Positions 19,854 through 29,029 of a stretch of DNA of 64,000 nucleotides are shown here, in pieces. The DNA is taken from positions 18,161-82,160 of the forward strand of contig LFST01000046.1 in NCBI GenBank assembly GCA_001513185.1. The letters are read 5' to 3'. Source of the DNA: Candidatus Fermentithermobacillaceae bacterium DTU015. GTDB taxonomy: Bacteria; Bacillota; Sulfobacillia; Fermentithermobacillales; Fermentithermobacillaceae. The position numbers and the translations under genes were made by a program. Position 1 is the stretch's first letter, and each line of letters opens with the position of its first letter. The notes below the pieces were generated by a model, which saw only the letters and a program-made list of their open reading frames with translations, was not told the DNA's origin and did no database searches.

Positions 19854-20591
19854 TTGATCAAAGGTATCTTGTCTGCGGCTACGGCAATGAGGGCCCAGGT
19901 GCTTAACCAGGAAGTGATCGCCAACAACCTGGCCAACGTCGACACCGTAGCGTATCAAAAGGACAAAGTGGTATTCCGGAGTTTCCACGATGTGCTGATG
20001 TACAGGTTTGATAACCTATCTCAGACTGCCATCGGCGGATTTTCAAGCGGAACCATACTTCACGACATTGCCACCATGGACACTGTAGGCGGGCTGGAAA
20101 CCACCGGCAGGCCTCTGGATATCGCCCTGCCTCAAGGCACCTACCTGGCGGTTGAAACGCCGGCAGGCACCAGGTACACCCGCATGGGCAACCTCAGGTA
20201 CGAAGACGGCTTCTTGAGCGTGGGCGGGTATAGGATATTGGGGGTGGCCGGCGTTATTGCCCTCGAAGCCGGCAGGGAATATAGCATTTCAGACGACGGG
20301 CGCGTGCTTGCCGACGGAGAAGTGGTAGACCGGTTGTCAGTTGTCACCTTTACAGGCGATTATGAGCTCCACAAAGAAGGCAACAGCCTGTTCAGGCTCG
20401 AGGGAGGATATGCCAATCCTATCGAGTCTCCCAGGGTGCTGGTGGGAGTGCTTGAGAAGTCTACAGTAGATCCCGTGTCGGAAATGGTAGCCCTTATTAC
20501 TTCTATGAGGGTTTATGAAGCTGCCCAGAGAGCCCTCCATTCCCACGATGAGACTTTGGAACAAGCAGTGAACCGGGTGGGCAGGGTGTAG
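19854..20591 (+). CDS. flgF: Flagellar basal-body rod protein FlgF/FlgG family (FlhO-like)
   Basis: Flg_bb_rod N-terminal motif (ANNLANV.T.GYK) and C-terminal rod domain. A TTG start at 19854 after AAGGGGGA gives the canonical MIKGILSAATAM N-terminus. Confidence 0.88.
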   Translation: MIKGILSAATAMRAQVLNQEVIANNLANVDTVAYQKDKVVFRSFHDVLMYRFDNLSQTAIGGFSSGTILHDIATMDTVGGLETTGRPLDIALPQGTYLAVETPAGTRYTRMGNLRYEDGFLSVGGYRILGVAGVIALEAGREYSISDDGRVLADGEVVDRLSVVTFTGDYELHKEGNSLFRLEGGYANPIESPRVLVGVLEKSTVDPVSEMVALITSMRVYEAAQRALHSHDETLEQAVNRVGRV

Positions 20592-20632
20592 CGGCAGCCT
20601 AGGATACACGCACACGAAGGGGGTAACTTAGG

Positions 20633-21394
20633 ATGATAAGAGCTCTGTGGTCCGGGGCAACAGGCATGACGGCCCAGCAGTTTAACATAGATAACATTGC
20701 CAACAACCTGGCAAACGTGAACACTACGGGATTTAAGCGGCAGCGGGTGGATTTTCAGGACCTTTACTATCAGAACATCCTGGTTGGCAGGAACACTACC
20801 GCTTCTGTGGGAAGCGGGGTGCGTGCGGCAGGTACATACAGGGACTTCCAGCAGGGTGCCCTTGAAAAGGCCGACGATCCCCTGTTCATGGCCATCCAGG
20901 GCAAGGGGTTTTTCACCATCATAGGCCCCGACGGCAACGACTATTACACCCGTGACGGCTCCTTCAGGCTGGACGGCCAGGGCAGGCTGGTCACCGCCAC
21001 AGGGCATTTTGTGAGGCTGCGGAACGCACGTCCGGTTCCCAGGGATGCCCAGGAGATAAGCGTGGATGAAAATGGCGTCATCTGGGCTAAGGTAGACGGT
21101 GAATTCCAAGCCATAGGACAGATCGTGCTCACCGTGTTCCCCAACCCTCAAGGCTTGCACGCCATAGGTTCTAACCTTTATATGGAAACCCCCCAGTCAG
21201 GAGAAGGGGACGAGGTGCTACCGGGACAAGATGGTGCCGGTACTGTGCTGTCAGGCTACATAGAGAAGTCTAACGTGGAAATTGTAACTGAGATGGTAAA
21301 TCTCATCGTTGCACAAAGGGCGTTTGAACTTAATTCCAAGTCGGTGGAAACTGCCGACCAGATGTGGGCAATTGCCAACAACATAAGGCGCTAA
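20633..21394 (+). CDS. flgG: Flagellar basal-body rod protein FlgG (FlhP-like)
   Basis: MIRALWSGATGM...IANNLANVNTTGFKR...VNLIVAQRAFE. Confidence 0.92.
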   Translation: MIRALWSGATGMTAQQFNIDNIANNLANVNTTGFKRQRVDFQDLYYQNILVGRNTTASVGSGVRAAGTYRDFQQGALEKADDPLFMAIQGKGFFTIIGPDGNDYYTRDGSFRLDGQGRLVTATGHFVRLRNARPVPRDAQEISVDENGVIWAKVDGEFQAIGQIVLTVFPNPQGLHAIGSNLYMETPQSGEGDEVLPGQDGAGTVLSGYIEKSNVEIVTEMVNLIVAQRAFELNSKSVETADQMWAIANNIRR

Positions 21395-21414
21395 GCGGGG
21401 AGAGGAACTAGAGC

Positions 21415-21723
21415 ATGGGCAATAACATAAGCGGCATAGTACCTTACGCAACCTTAAGCGGGGCCCAAAGCGCCAGGCAAGACCAGAAGCTGGCTGAAGC
21501 TTGCCGGGAGTTTGAGTCGTTGTTCCTCACCACCTTATGGCGCAATATGGCCAAGAACGCCGGCATGGATCTCGGCCCGTGGGATGTGCTGCTGTCCCAA
21601 TCTATGGGCAAAGTGTGGGCCCAGGGCGGAGGCATAGGGCTGGCGAAGGTGCTTTACGACCAGCTGTCGAAGTCATCTCCCGATGTCTTGCAGGGAGATG
21701 ATGCCGATGAACCAAGATCTTGA
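21415..21723 (+). CDS. Rod-binding protein (FlgJ N-terminal-domain-like)
   Basis: 102-aa protein with the EFESLFLTTLWRNM...GLAKVLYDQL pattern of the flagellar rod-binding domain. Confidence 0.7.
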   Translation: MGNNISGIVPYATLSGAQSARQDQKLAEACREFESLFLTTLWRNMAKNAGMDLGPWDVLLSQSMGKVWAQGGGIGLAKVLYDQLSKSSPDVLQGDDADEPRS

Positions 21724-22180
21724 CGCGAGGCACAAAACCTCAAAGGATAACGCCTGTGAAGAGTCTTCCCGGATCACTGATATCCTTCCTCACAGGCCTC
21801 CTTTTTTGTTTGTAACCCGCGCAATCTCAATCGAGCCCGGACGCCTTGCGGTAGCTGAGTATGATATCCCCCAGGATCACGTGTTTTTCCAAGGCCATTT
21901 TCCCAAGGAGCCTGTATTTCCCGGTGTGATCACCCTGGAGATGATGGCTCAAACTGCGGCTTTAGCCGTGCTTTGCGATGGGGAACGCAGGGGGCAGGTA
22001 GCTTACCTGGCAGGTGTCGAAAGCGCCAGGTTCAGGCGGCCTGTCAGGCCAGGTGATACCCTCCGCGCACAGATGGAGATCGAGTCTATGCGTTTGGGTA
22101 TTTGCAAGGCCCGGGGCAAAGCTTTTGCCGGTGGCCAAGAGGTAGCTTCTGCGCGGCTTATCTTCTCTCTGGGTGTTTGA
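21707..22180 (+). CDS. fabZ: 3-hydroxyacyl-ACP dehydratase FabZ
   Basis: ILPHRPPFLFV...HFPKEPVFPGVITLEMMAQT hot-dog motifs. The start is ambiguous between ATGs at 21698, 21701 and 21707. Confidence 0.9.
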   Translation: MNQDLDARHKTSKDNACEESSRITDILPHRPPFLFVTRAISIEPGRLAVAEYDIPQDHVFFQGHFPKEPVFPGVITLEMMAQTAALAVLCDGERRGQVAYLAGVESARFRRPVRPGDTLRAQMEIESMRLGICKARGKAFAGGQEVASARLIFSLGV

Positions 22181-22269
22181 CTATAATTTGACTGAGTGCT
22201 AAGATGTTTTAAACCCCAGCCTAAGGGCCTGGTTAGATTTGATATTACCTCCTGGAGGTGGGCCTGGTA

Positions 22270-23457
22270 ATGCCGACTATAGGCAGAGGAAGACAGCTCT
22301 TTACTTCAGAATCCGTGACCGAAGGCCACCCAGACAAAGTCGCCGATCAGATCGTCGATGCCATCCTCGACGCTATCCTCGAGAAGGACAAGATGGCGCG
22401 GGTTGCCTGCGAATGCCTTGTGAAGACAGGGTTTGTGCTGGTGGCAGGTGAGATATCCACCGAGTGCTACGTAGAGATGCCCGATATCGTCAGGGACACC
22501 TTACGTCGCATAGGTTACACCCGGGCGAAGTTCGGTTTTGATGCCGACACATGCGCCGTGCTCACTGCCATCGAAGACCAGTCCCCTGACATAGCCCTTG
22601 GCGTGGATCGCTCGCTTGAATCCAAACTAGGTGAAATGCCCGAGACTTTGGGTGCCGGAGACCAGGGCTTGATGTTTGGTTACGCTTGTGATGAAACCGA
22701 CGTCTACATGCCCATTTCTATTCACCTGGCACATCGCCTCGCGAGACGGCTGTCCCACGTGAGGCACCAAAAGATCCTGCCTTACCTCAGGCCTGACGGG
22801 AAGACCCAGGTTACCATCGAATACCATGACGGGGAGCCTGTAAGGGTTCACACTGTGGTGGTTTCCGCTCAACACGCAAGCGATGTTCCCCTATCTCAAA
22901 TCCGTGAAGACATCATTGAGCACGTGATCAAGCAAACCATCCCGTCCCACCTTATGGATGATAATACCCGCATCCTGGTCAATGCCACCGGAAGGTTTGT
23001 GGTAGGGGGCCCCCAAGGTGACAGCGGGCTTTCAGGACGCAAGATCATTGTGGATACATACGGGGGATTTGCCAGGCACGGAGGCGGGAGCTTCTCAGGC
23101 AAAGATCCCACCAAAGTCGACCGTTCAGGTTGTTATGCCGCCCGTTATGTAGCAAAGAATGTGGTGGCAGCAGGTCTGGCCCGGGAATGCGAGGTACAAG
23201 TGGCGTATGTAATAGGAGTGGCCCAGCCTGTGTCAATCCACATTGACACCAAAGGCACAGCTGAAGTATTCGATGAGGCTATTTTGGAAGCAGTAAAGCA
23301 GACCTTCGATTTCAGGCCAGGAGCGATTATCGAACGGTTCGACCTGAGGAGGCCTATATACTCCCAGGTATCATGTTACGGCCACTTTGGACGGGAGGAC
23401 CTAGATCTTCCTTGGGAACAGCTGGACCTAAAGGACGACCTCCTCAAACACATCTAA
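22270..23457 (+). CDS. metK: S-adenosylmethionine synthetase
   Basis: [18 protein letters not shown]...[12 protein letters not shown]...[16 protein letters not shown]. Confidence 0.96.
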   Translation: MPTIGRGRQLFTSESVTEGHPDKVADQIVDAILDAILEKDKMARVACECLVKTGFVLVAGEISTECYVEMPDIVRDTLRRIGYTRAKFGFDADTCAVLTAIEDQSPDIALGVDRSLESKLGEMPETLGAGDQGLMFGYACDETDVYMPISIHLAHRLARRLSHVRHQKILPYLRPDGKTQVTIEYHDGEPVRVHTVVVSAQHASDVPLSQIREDIIEHVIKQTIPSHLMDDNTRILVNATGRFVVGGPQGDSGLSGRKIIVDTYGGFARHGGGSFSGKDPTKVDRSGCYAARYVAKNVVAAGLARECEVQVAYVIGVAQPVSIHIDTKGTAEVFDEAILEAVKQTFDFRPGAIIERFDLRRPIYSQVSCYGHFGREDLDLPWEQLDLKDDLLKHI

Positions 23458-23467
23458 CTGCCATGTA

Positions 23468-23510
23468 CTTCCCCCGCTGCATATATTGCTTCAGGGGGAA
23501 GTTACTTTGG
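23468..23510 (+). terminator. Putative metK terminator hairpin
   Basis: CTTCCCCC(18-nt loop)GGGGGAAG followed by TTACTTTGG. The U-tract is weak. Confidence 0.35.
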
Positions 23511-23602
23511 CCTGCTTCAGCAAGCTGCTCTTGTTATCTGTCTCCTTTTGGTGTATCCTGGAAATACTTCAAGGTGTATTGCTCAGACGCAGCCTTGATA
23601 CG

Positions 23603-23857
23603 TTGAACATTGTCATATCCTTGGGTAATTGTCCGTGCCTTGAAGAAGTGATTGAGCCCATGGTGCGGTGGGAAAAGCTTAGCTGGCAAGTGGCTGGTAT
23701 TGAGCCTCAAATCGCAGTGAGACTGTGTGGGTCCTGCGAGGAATCCACGGCTATCGTGCGAAAACTCATTCATGACAGAGTTGTGGTGCCGCATCTCACC
23801 GGGACTCCTGACCTGGTACTCAATCCAAGCCGCAACCCTAGGAACGCTAGTGATTAA
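23603..23857 (+). CDS. Hypothetical small Cys4 protein (CPC...27 aa...CGSC); possible ComFB-like
   Basis: 372-nt open frame (23486-23857), stop-free, directly upstream of comFC where comFB normally sits. Start uncertain (TTG 23603 or ATG 23660). No strong RBS. Confidence 0.25.
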   Translation: MNIVISLGNCPCLEEVIEPMVRWEKLSWQVAGIEPQIAVRLCGSCEESTAIVRKLIHDRVVVPHLTGTPDLVLNPSRNPRNASD

Positions 23858-23895
23858 TGGATTTGGCCCGGTACAGAGAGTCAAAGGGGTGTTAG

Positions 23896-24630
23896 ATGGC
23901 CAAGCTTCGGATAATCGGCGGAGTATCGCGTGTGCTTTTCGGGGAGCCGGCATATTGCTGCTTATGCGGAGCACCTGCCTCAGCCGGTGTAGGCATATGC
24001 GGCCATTGCCTGGAGGTCTTGGCGCAGGAGATGGCATGGGTGTGCAAAGTGTGCGGCATACCCCTGCGGCCGCCTCTGGAGCTTTGTAACGGGTGCCGCC
24101 TCAACATGTACTGGTTTGATGTCCAGCGGTCTTTGGGGATATACCATGGTAAGCTCATGTCGGCTATCCGGAGGATGAAATACGGCGGGGAAAGGTGGTT
24201 GTCCAGGCCACTGGGCCGGATGCTCAGCCGGCTGGCAGAACCCTTCAGCTACGTCGACCTGGTGGTGCCTGTACCCCTTGTGGGTTCAACTCGTAGAGCC
24301 CGGGGTTACAACCAGGCTAAAGACCTGGCTCAGGAAGTGTCAGCTAATATTTGCGTGCCTCTGGCCGATATTCTGGAAAGAGAGGAAGCAAGAGGGCCGC
24401 AGGCCCGGCTTAACCGCAGTGACCGGTTGCGGAACCTAAGGGGTACCATGAGGGCCGCTCATGGGTTCGATCTGGACGGTGCCCGGGTCTTGTTGGTGGA
24501 TGACGTAGCTACCACAGGTGCAACTCTCGATGAGGCAGCAAGGGTCCTGAAATCTGCAGGAGCCGCCCGGGTGTGCTGCGTGACATTGGCACGCACTTTG
24601 CAGTATCTCCTTGCTGAAGAGGAGGGTTGA
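23896..24630 (+). CDS. comFC: ComF family protein (double zinc-ribbon plus phosphoribosyltransferase domain)
   Basis: CxxC...CxxC N-terminus and C-terminal PRTase motif LLVDDVATTGATL. Confidence 0.88.
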   Translation: MAKLRIIGGVSRVLFGEPAYCCLCGAPASAGVGICGHCLEVLAQEMAWVCKVCGIPLRPPLELCNGCRLNMYWFDVQRSLGIYHGKLMSAIRRMKYGGERWLSRPLGRMLSRLAEPFSYVDLVVPVPLVGSTRRARGYNQAKDLAQEVSANICVPLADILEREEARGPQARLNRSDRLRNLRGTMRAAHGFDLDGARVLLVDDVATTGATLDEAARVLKSAGAARVCCVTLARTLQYLLAEEEG

Positions 24631-24635
24631 TACAG

Positions 24636-25088
24636 TTGCAGATGAAAAACTGTGACAGGTGTGGTAAAGTTTTCGTAAGTTCCGGCCCGTCGATTTGCCC
24701 CGAGTGTTATGCTAAGGAAGAAGAGCAGTTTCAGATCGTGAAAAAGTACTTGTTGGAACACAAGAGGGCTTCGGCGAAAAAGGTAAGCGAGGACACAGGT
24801 GTCCCCGTAGAGGTGGTCACCGAATTTGTGCGTCGCGGCCACTTGGTTGGGATAGATGTGGATATAGACGAAGTCAACCGATGCGCCATATGCAAGACCC
24901 CCCTTTCCAAAGGCCGGATATGCGTTGACTGCCAGAAAGCCCTGTCAGGTTCCAGGCTTGCGAGCCTCAGCTTAGATGAGGCGGCCGGCCGTGAAGGGCC
25001 CGAGGTAAGCATGCAGACTGATAGGCCCGACAACGGGACCAGGGTGTACACTATTGATTCCATCCGCAGCCGCAGAAGGCGCATATAG
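24636..25088 (+). CDS. Flagellar operon protein YvyF-type (TIGR03826)
   Basis: N-terminal CDRCGK...CPEC and a second CxxC...CxxC zinc ribbon. Precedes flgM, as yvyF does in B. subtilis. Confidence 0.75.
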   Translation: MQMKNCDRCGKVFVSSGPSICPECYAKEEEQFQIVKKYLLEHKRASAKKVSEDTGVPVEVVTEFVRRGHLVGIDVDIDEVNRCAICKTPLSKGRICVDCQKALSGSRLASLSLDEAAGREGPEVSMQTDRPDNGTRVYTIDSIRSRRRRI

Positions 25089-25174
25089 GTTTTGGCTAAT
25101 AAAGCTAAACGTCCTGACACTCATGCACGATGAGTAAGATGGACGGTGGCATTGAAAGAGGCGATGTCAAGTTG

Positions 25175-25471
25175 ATGATATCCAGAACACAGATAGATCA
25201 GGTAATTAAGGTATACAGAGCAAGCAAAGCGTCTAAGCCGGTTCCCAGGGACACCGGTGTTGCTCGGACTGCCCAGCAGGACAAAATCAGGCTCTCTTTT
25301 AGTATGGAAGACATCGAAAAGGTGAAGCGGTTGGCCCACGCTTCCCCTGATATCCGCCAGGAAATCGTTGAGCCGCTTGCCAAGGCAGTTGAGTCCGGTG
25401 AGTATTCTGTAGATCCTGAGTCTGTGGCAGAGAAAATGCTGGGAAGACTCCTGGCAGACCGGATCAGATAA
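25175..25471 (+). CDS. flgM: Anti-sigma-28 factor FlgM
   Basis: C-terminal DIRQEIVEPLAKAVESGEYSVDPESVAEKML matches the FlgM sigma-28-binding helix region. ATG at 25175 after AGAGG. The listed ORF starts 45 nt earlier. Confidence 0.8.
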   Translation: MISRTQIDQVIKVYRASKASKPVPRDTGVARTAQQDKIRLSFSMEDIEKVKRLAHASPDIRQEIVEPLAKAVESGEYSVDPESVAEKMLGRLLADRIR

Positions 25472-25534
25472 CGACCCGCCTCAAGATCGGCTTACTTTAG
25501 CTTGCTGCCGTCCCTGTGAAAGGGGCGATTTTAT

Positions 25535-25948
25535 TTGGAACGGCAAACCTCCATCCTTTTTTTATTATCTAACTTAAGTTCTGCACTGGATGCGTTATTA
25601 GAGACAGCTGAGCAGAAGCAACGCCTGGTGGTTGCCGGCGATTGCATAGGGCTTGAACAGCTCATCCGTAAAGAAGAAAAAATACTCCAAGACATTCAAA
25701 AACTTCAAGCAAGGATGGGCGATGAGCCCGTTTCGTCGCCTGATGAACCTCAAGACAGCGAAGCGGTGAAACTCAAACAGGAACTAGCGCAAAAAATGAG
25801 GCGGCTTCAGGTACTTAACGAGCAAAACCAGAAACTCTTGTCCAAGAGCCTGGAGATGGTGAGATATGAGTTAGGGCTTTTCATCCCCCAGGACGATTAC
25901 TCTAAGGCTTCTAAGACCCCGCCTATTGCATTCGACCAAAAAGCTTAG
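25535..25948 (+). CDS. flgN: Flagellar export chaperone FlgN-like
   Basis: 137-aa helical protein between flgM and flgK, in the FlgN/YvyG position. TTG start after AAAGGGG. Confidence 0.65.
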   Translation: MERQTSILFLLSNLSSALDALLETAEQKQRLVVAGDCIGLEQLIRKEEKILQDIQKLQARMGDEPVSSPDEPQDSEAVKLKQELAQKMRRLQVLNEQNQKLLSKSLEMVRYELGLFIPQDDYSKASKTPPIAFDQKA

Positions 25949-25965
25949 CTCCGGAGGTGATCTAA

Positions 25966-27372
25966 TTGTCGTCCACGTTTACCACCCTTGAAATTGGTAA
26001 GTCGGCCCTGATTGCCGCCAGGCATGCCATGGACGTCACAGGGCACAACATAGCCAACGCTGCGACCCCTGGGTATTCCCTGCAGCGGGTTGCTTTGGAG
26101 CCGATTATCCAACGGATCCCGCTAGGGATGGGCGTATCAGGCATGGGGGTTAAGGTTACCGACATAACCAGAATACGGGACAGGTTTGTCGATGCAGTGC
26201 TCAGGAGCGAAAAGGAGAAAAAAGCTGCACTTGCCATCCAAAAAGAAGTGTTTGAGCACATGCAGATCGTGTTTGCAGAGCCGTCTGATTCAAGCATCAG
26301 GGATTCAATGGACTTCTTCTGGGCAGCGTGGCATGACCTGTCTTCTGAGCCTGACTCCGCTTCAGCCAAAGCCCAATTGCTTGAAGCAGGCCGGTCCCTG
26401 TGCGACCTGCTAAGGCACTTGGGGAGCCAGCTAGATTCCCTTCTAGTAGACATTGACTCGGGGATTGACGCGATAGTAGCCCAAGTGAACATGCTGGCAC
26501 AGCGGATAAGCTCTCTCAACATTGAAATTTCCAGGGCGCTTGCCAGGAAGGAGCCTGTAGGGGATCTGTTGGACAAGCGGGATCTGCTGCTTGACGAGCT
26601 TACCGAGCTTACCGGCGCCACAGTGAATTACCTTGATGATGGCACGGTCCAGGTTAACCTCGGCGGGGTCCGGTTGGTGGACGGGGCCAAACACTACGGG
26701 CTGGGATATGCCCGCACACCTGAGGGTGTGAAGTTCCACGTGATTACCGGTCCCGAAGACAATGACAGGATCCAACTGGATTTCATAGGCGGAAGCCTGG
26801 GCGGCCACAAGATCGCCAGGGAAGACGTGGTGCTTAGGTTCAGGCAGCAGCTGAGCGAGTCAGTGCGCAAGGTGATAGAAGGGATAAACACCATTTATGA
26901 GTCAAGTTATGAGACAGATTCGGGGATTGCTTTCTTCGATTTTGACAAAGACGGAGATATCCTGACGACTATCAGGGTCAACGACTTCCTGGTCCAGAAC
27001 CCCGGGGAGATCAAGGCCGGCACGGGCCCTCTGGATGGCAGCATAGCACTGGCCATTGCCGACTTCATAGAAGGTACCTACGACGGAAGCCTGGTGGATC
27101 CCTCGGACGGGAATTTCGCCGAGAAATGGGTAGCTATCGTGGGCAGCTTGGGAATTGATGCCCAAAAAGTCGAAAGCGCCTTCGATACCCAGGAACTCCT
27201 GGTCAAAGAGCTTGAAAACAGGAAGGATTCAATCAGCGGAGTGTCCCTGGATGAGGAGATCACCAACCTGATACGGGAACAGCACGCTTTCAACGCTGCC
27301 AGCAGGGTGATTACCGTAGCAGACGAAATGCTTGATACTATCATTAACAGGATGGGACTTGGAGGCCGCTAA
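25966..27372 (+). CDS. flgK: Flagellar hook-associated protein 1 FlgK
   Basis: MSSTFTTLEIGKSAL...GHNIANAATPGY N-terminus and C-terminal LIREQHAFNAASRVI domain. Confidence 0.92.
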   Translation: MSSTFTTLEIGKSALIAARHAMDVTGHNIANAATPGYSLQRVALEPIIQRIPLGMGVSGMGVKVTDITRIRDRFVDAVLRSEKEKKAALAIQKEVFEHMQIVFAEPSDSSIRDSMDFFWAAWHDLSSEPDSASAKAQLLEAGRSLCDLLRHLGSQLDSLLVDIDSGIDAIVAQVNMLAQRISSLNIEISRALARKEPVGDLLDKRDLLLDELTELTGATVNYLDDGTVQVNLGGVRLVDGAKHYGLGYARTPEGVKFHVITGPEDNDRIQLDFIGGSLGGHKIAREDVVLRFRQQLSESVRKVIEGINTIYESSYETDSGIAFFDFDKDGDILTTIRVNDFLVQNPGEIKAGTGPLDGSIALAIADFIEGTYDGSLVDPSDGNFAEKWVAIVGSLGIDAQKVESAFDTQELLVKELENRKDSISGVSLDEEITNLIREQHAFNAASRVITVADEMLDTIINRMGLGGR

Positions 27373-27404
27373 GAGAAGCGCCTAGGAACTGGAGGTAGCT
27401 GGGT

Positions 27405-28247
27405 GTGCGTGTGACTGATCTGTCTATTGAGAGGAATTTTCTGCACAACATCTTTAAATTGGAAAAGAGGCTTGCCAGGCTGCAAGACCAGGCTTCTTCC
27501 GGCAGGAGGATTCTAAGGCCTCAAGATGACCCCATTGGGACAGGCAGGGCAGTATACCTGCGCCATGACATGGCTGTAAACAACCAATACCAGCGCAACA
27601 TAGACAAAGCTAAGAACTGGATGGAGCAGACAGAATCGGCGTTGGCCCACCTGACCAATGTGATTACCAGGGCCAGGGAGCTTGCCCTGACCGGGGCTAC
27701 AGGAACTACCCCTCCTGATGCCAAGAAGGCCATTGCCGTTGAAATAGAGCAACTTTGGGAAGAGGCTATTAGCGTGCTGGAGACCACCGTGGACAAGCGG
27801 AATCTGCTTACCGGAGCCATGCCGGTGTGGAAGGTGGCCCGGGACGTAACCATCACTTCCGATGATTTGACCCAGCTTGAGGATGGTGATTTGAAGGAAT
27901 ACATTAATGTCACCTTCCAACAGCTTAAGTATGCGCTTGACCCAGAGGATCCTTCCCAGGAACCTGATGAAGATGCCATCCAGCAGCTTATAGGCGACTT
28001 AGACGACTGCCTGGATAAGATACTGTCTCAACGGGCAAAGAACGGGGCGCGGCTCAGGAGGCTGGATATCCTGAGCGAGAAGGCACTGAACATGGATATC
28101 GAATACGAACGGCTCTTGTCTAATGTTGAGGAAGTGGACCTGGTAGAAGTCGTTGTAAGACTTAAGTCCCAGGAAGCAGCTTACCAGGCTGCATTGGCGG
28201 TTGGCGCAAGGCTAATCCAGCCCAGCTTGCTTGACCATTTGAGGTAA
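27405..28247 (+). CDS. flgL: Flagellar hook-associated protein 3 FlgL
   Basis: Flagellin-N-like N-terminus (RRILRPQDDPIG) and conserved C-terminal helix (AAYQAALAVGARLIQPSLLDHL). Confidence 0.85.
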   Translation: MRVTDLSIERNFLHNIFKLEKRLARLQDQASSGRRILRPQDDPIGTGRAVYLRHDMAVNNQYQRNIDKAKNWMEQTESALAHLTNVITRARELALTGATGTTPPDAKKAIAVEIEQLWEEAISVLETTVDKRNLLTGAMPVWKVARDVTITSDDLTQLEDGDLKEYINVTFQQLKYALDPEDPSQEPDEDAIQQLIGDLDDCLDKILSQRAKNGARLRRLDILSEKALNMDIEYERLLSNVEEVDLVEVVVRLKSQEAAYQAALAVGARLIQPSLLDHLR

Positions 28248-28284
28248 CGGCCGGCCGGTAATAGCCGGCACAGGAGGGATATAT

Positions 28285-28737
28285 GTGGAAGTTCCCACCA
28301 AGCGTTTTGGGACCATCAATGTAGACGAACACAAAATACTGCGTTTTCCCGAGGGACTCATCGGGTTTCCCGAATACCGGCGATATATCGTGCTGGACCT
28401 GGATAAAGGCGGGTTTCTCCAGTGGCTTCAGTGCGTAGATGAAGCGTCTTTAGGGTTCGTGATCCTTGACCCCAGGGTACCTTTTGTAGACTATGACCCG
28501 GTGTTTACCCCTGAAGACCTTGAAGGGCTGGAAGCTTCAAGTGCCGATGAGCTGGTGCTTTTGTGTGTGGTTACAGTGCCCCAGGACGTAAAGCAGATGA
28601 CGGCCAATCTCTTGGCCCCTCTTGTGATAAATCCTGCAAAACGCCTTGGCAAACAGGTGATTATCAGCGATCCCAAGTACACCACCAAACATCAAGTGTT
28701 TTCAGCACTTAGGAACCTGATGAAAAGGACGGGCTGA
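28285..28737 (+). CDS. fliW: Flagellar assembly factor FliW
   Basis: TKRFGTINVDEHKILRFPEGLIGFPEYRRYIVLD is the FliW signature. GTG start after GGAGGG. Confidence 0.9.
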   Translation: MEVPTKRFGTINVDEHKILRFPEGLIGFPEYRRYIVLDLDKGGFLQWLQCVDEASLGFVILDPRVPFVDYDPVFTPEDLEGLEASSADELVLLCVVTVPQDVKQMTANLLAPLVINPAKRLGKQVIISDPKYTTKHQVFSALRNLMKRTG

Positions 28738-28738
28738 C

Positions 28739-28987
28739 ATGCTTGTTTTGTCCAGACGGGTAGGCGAGGCAATACTAATCGGCGATGATATCGTGGTCCG
28801 GGTGATAGAGGTAAGAGGCAGAGGACCCCGGGCTGCGGTGAAGCTGGGCATAGAAGCCCCCCTGGGCACCAAGGTTTTGCGGGAAGAAGTGGAAATCGAA
28901 GTCAGAAAAGAGATGATGGAGGCCAAAGACCCGGTGCTGGATGTTTTGGACGGCTTGGAGAGGGAACTGTCAAACGGGGTTGGCTAA
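28739..28987 (+). CDS. csrA: Carbon storage regulator CsrA
   Basis: MLVLSRRVGEAILIGDDIVVRVIEV...GIEAP. Partner-switch pair with fliW. Confidence 0.92.
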   Translation: MLVLSRRVGEAILIGDDIVVRVIEVRGRGPRAAVKLGIEAPLGTKVLREEVEIEVRKEMMEAKDPVLDVLDGLERELSNGVG

Positions 28988-29029
28988 ATCGCAAGAATTG
29001 GCAGCGGAGGTTGAACACGGTTTGGCGAG

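Noticed and set aside
22181-22269. Expected SAM-I (S-box) riboswitch upstream of metK
   Set aside because: The leader is only about 90 nt and lacks the conserved S-box helices and kink-turn sequences. It is noted as an absence, and the alternative palindrome is reported as a finding.
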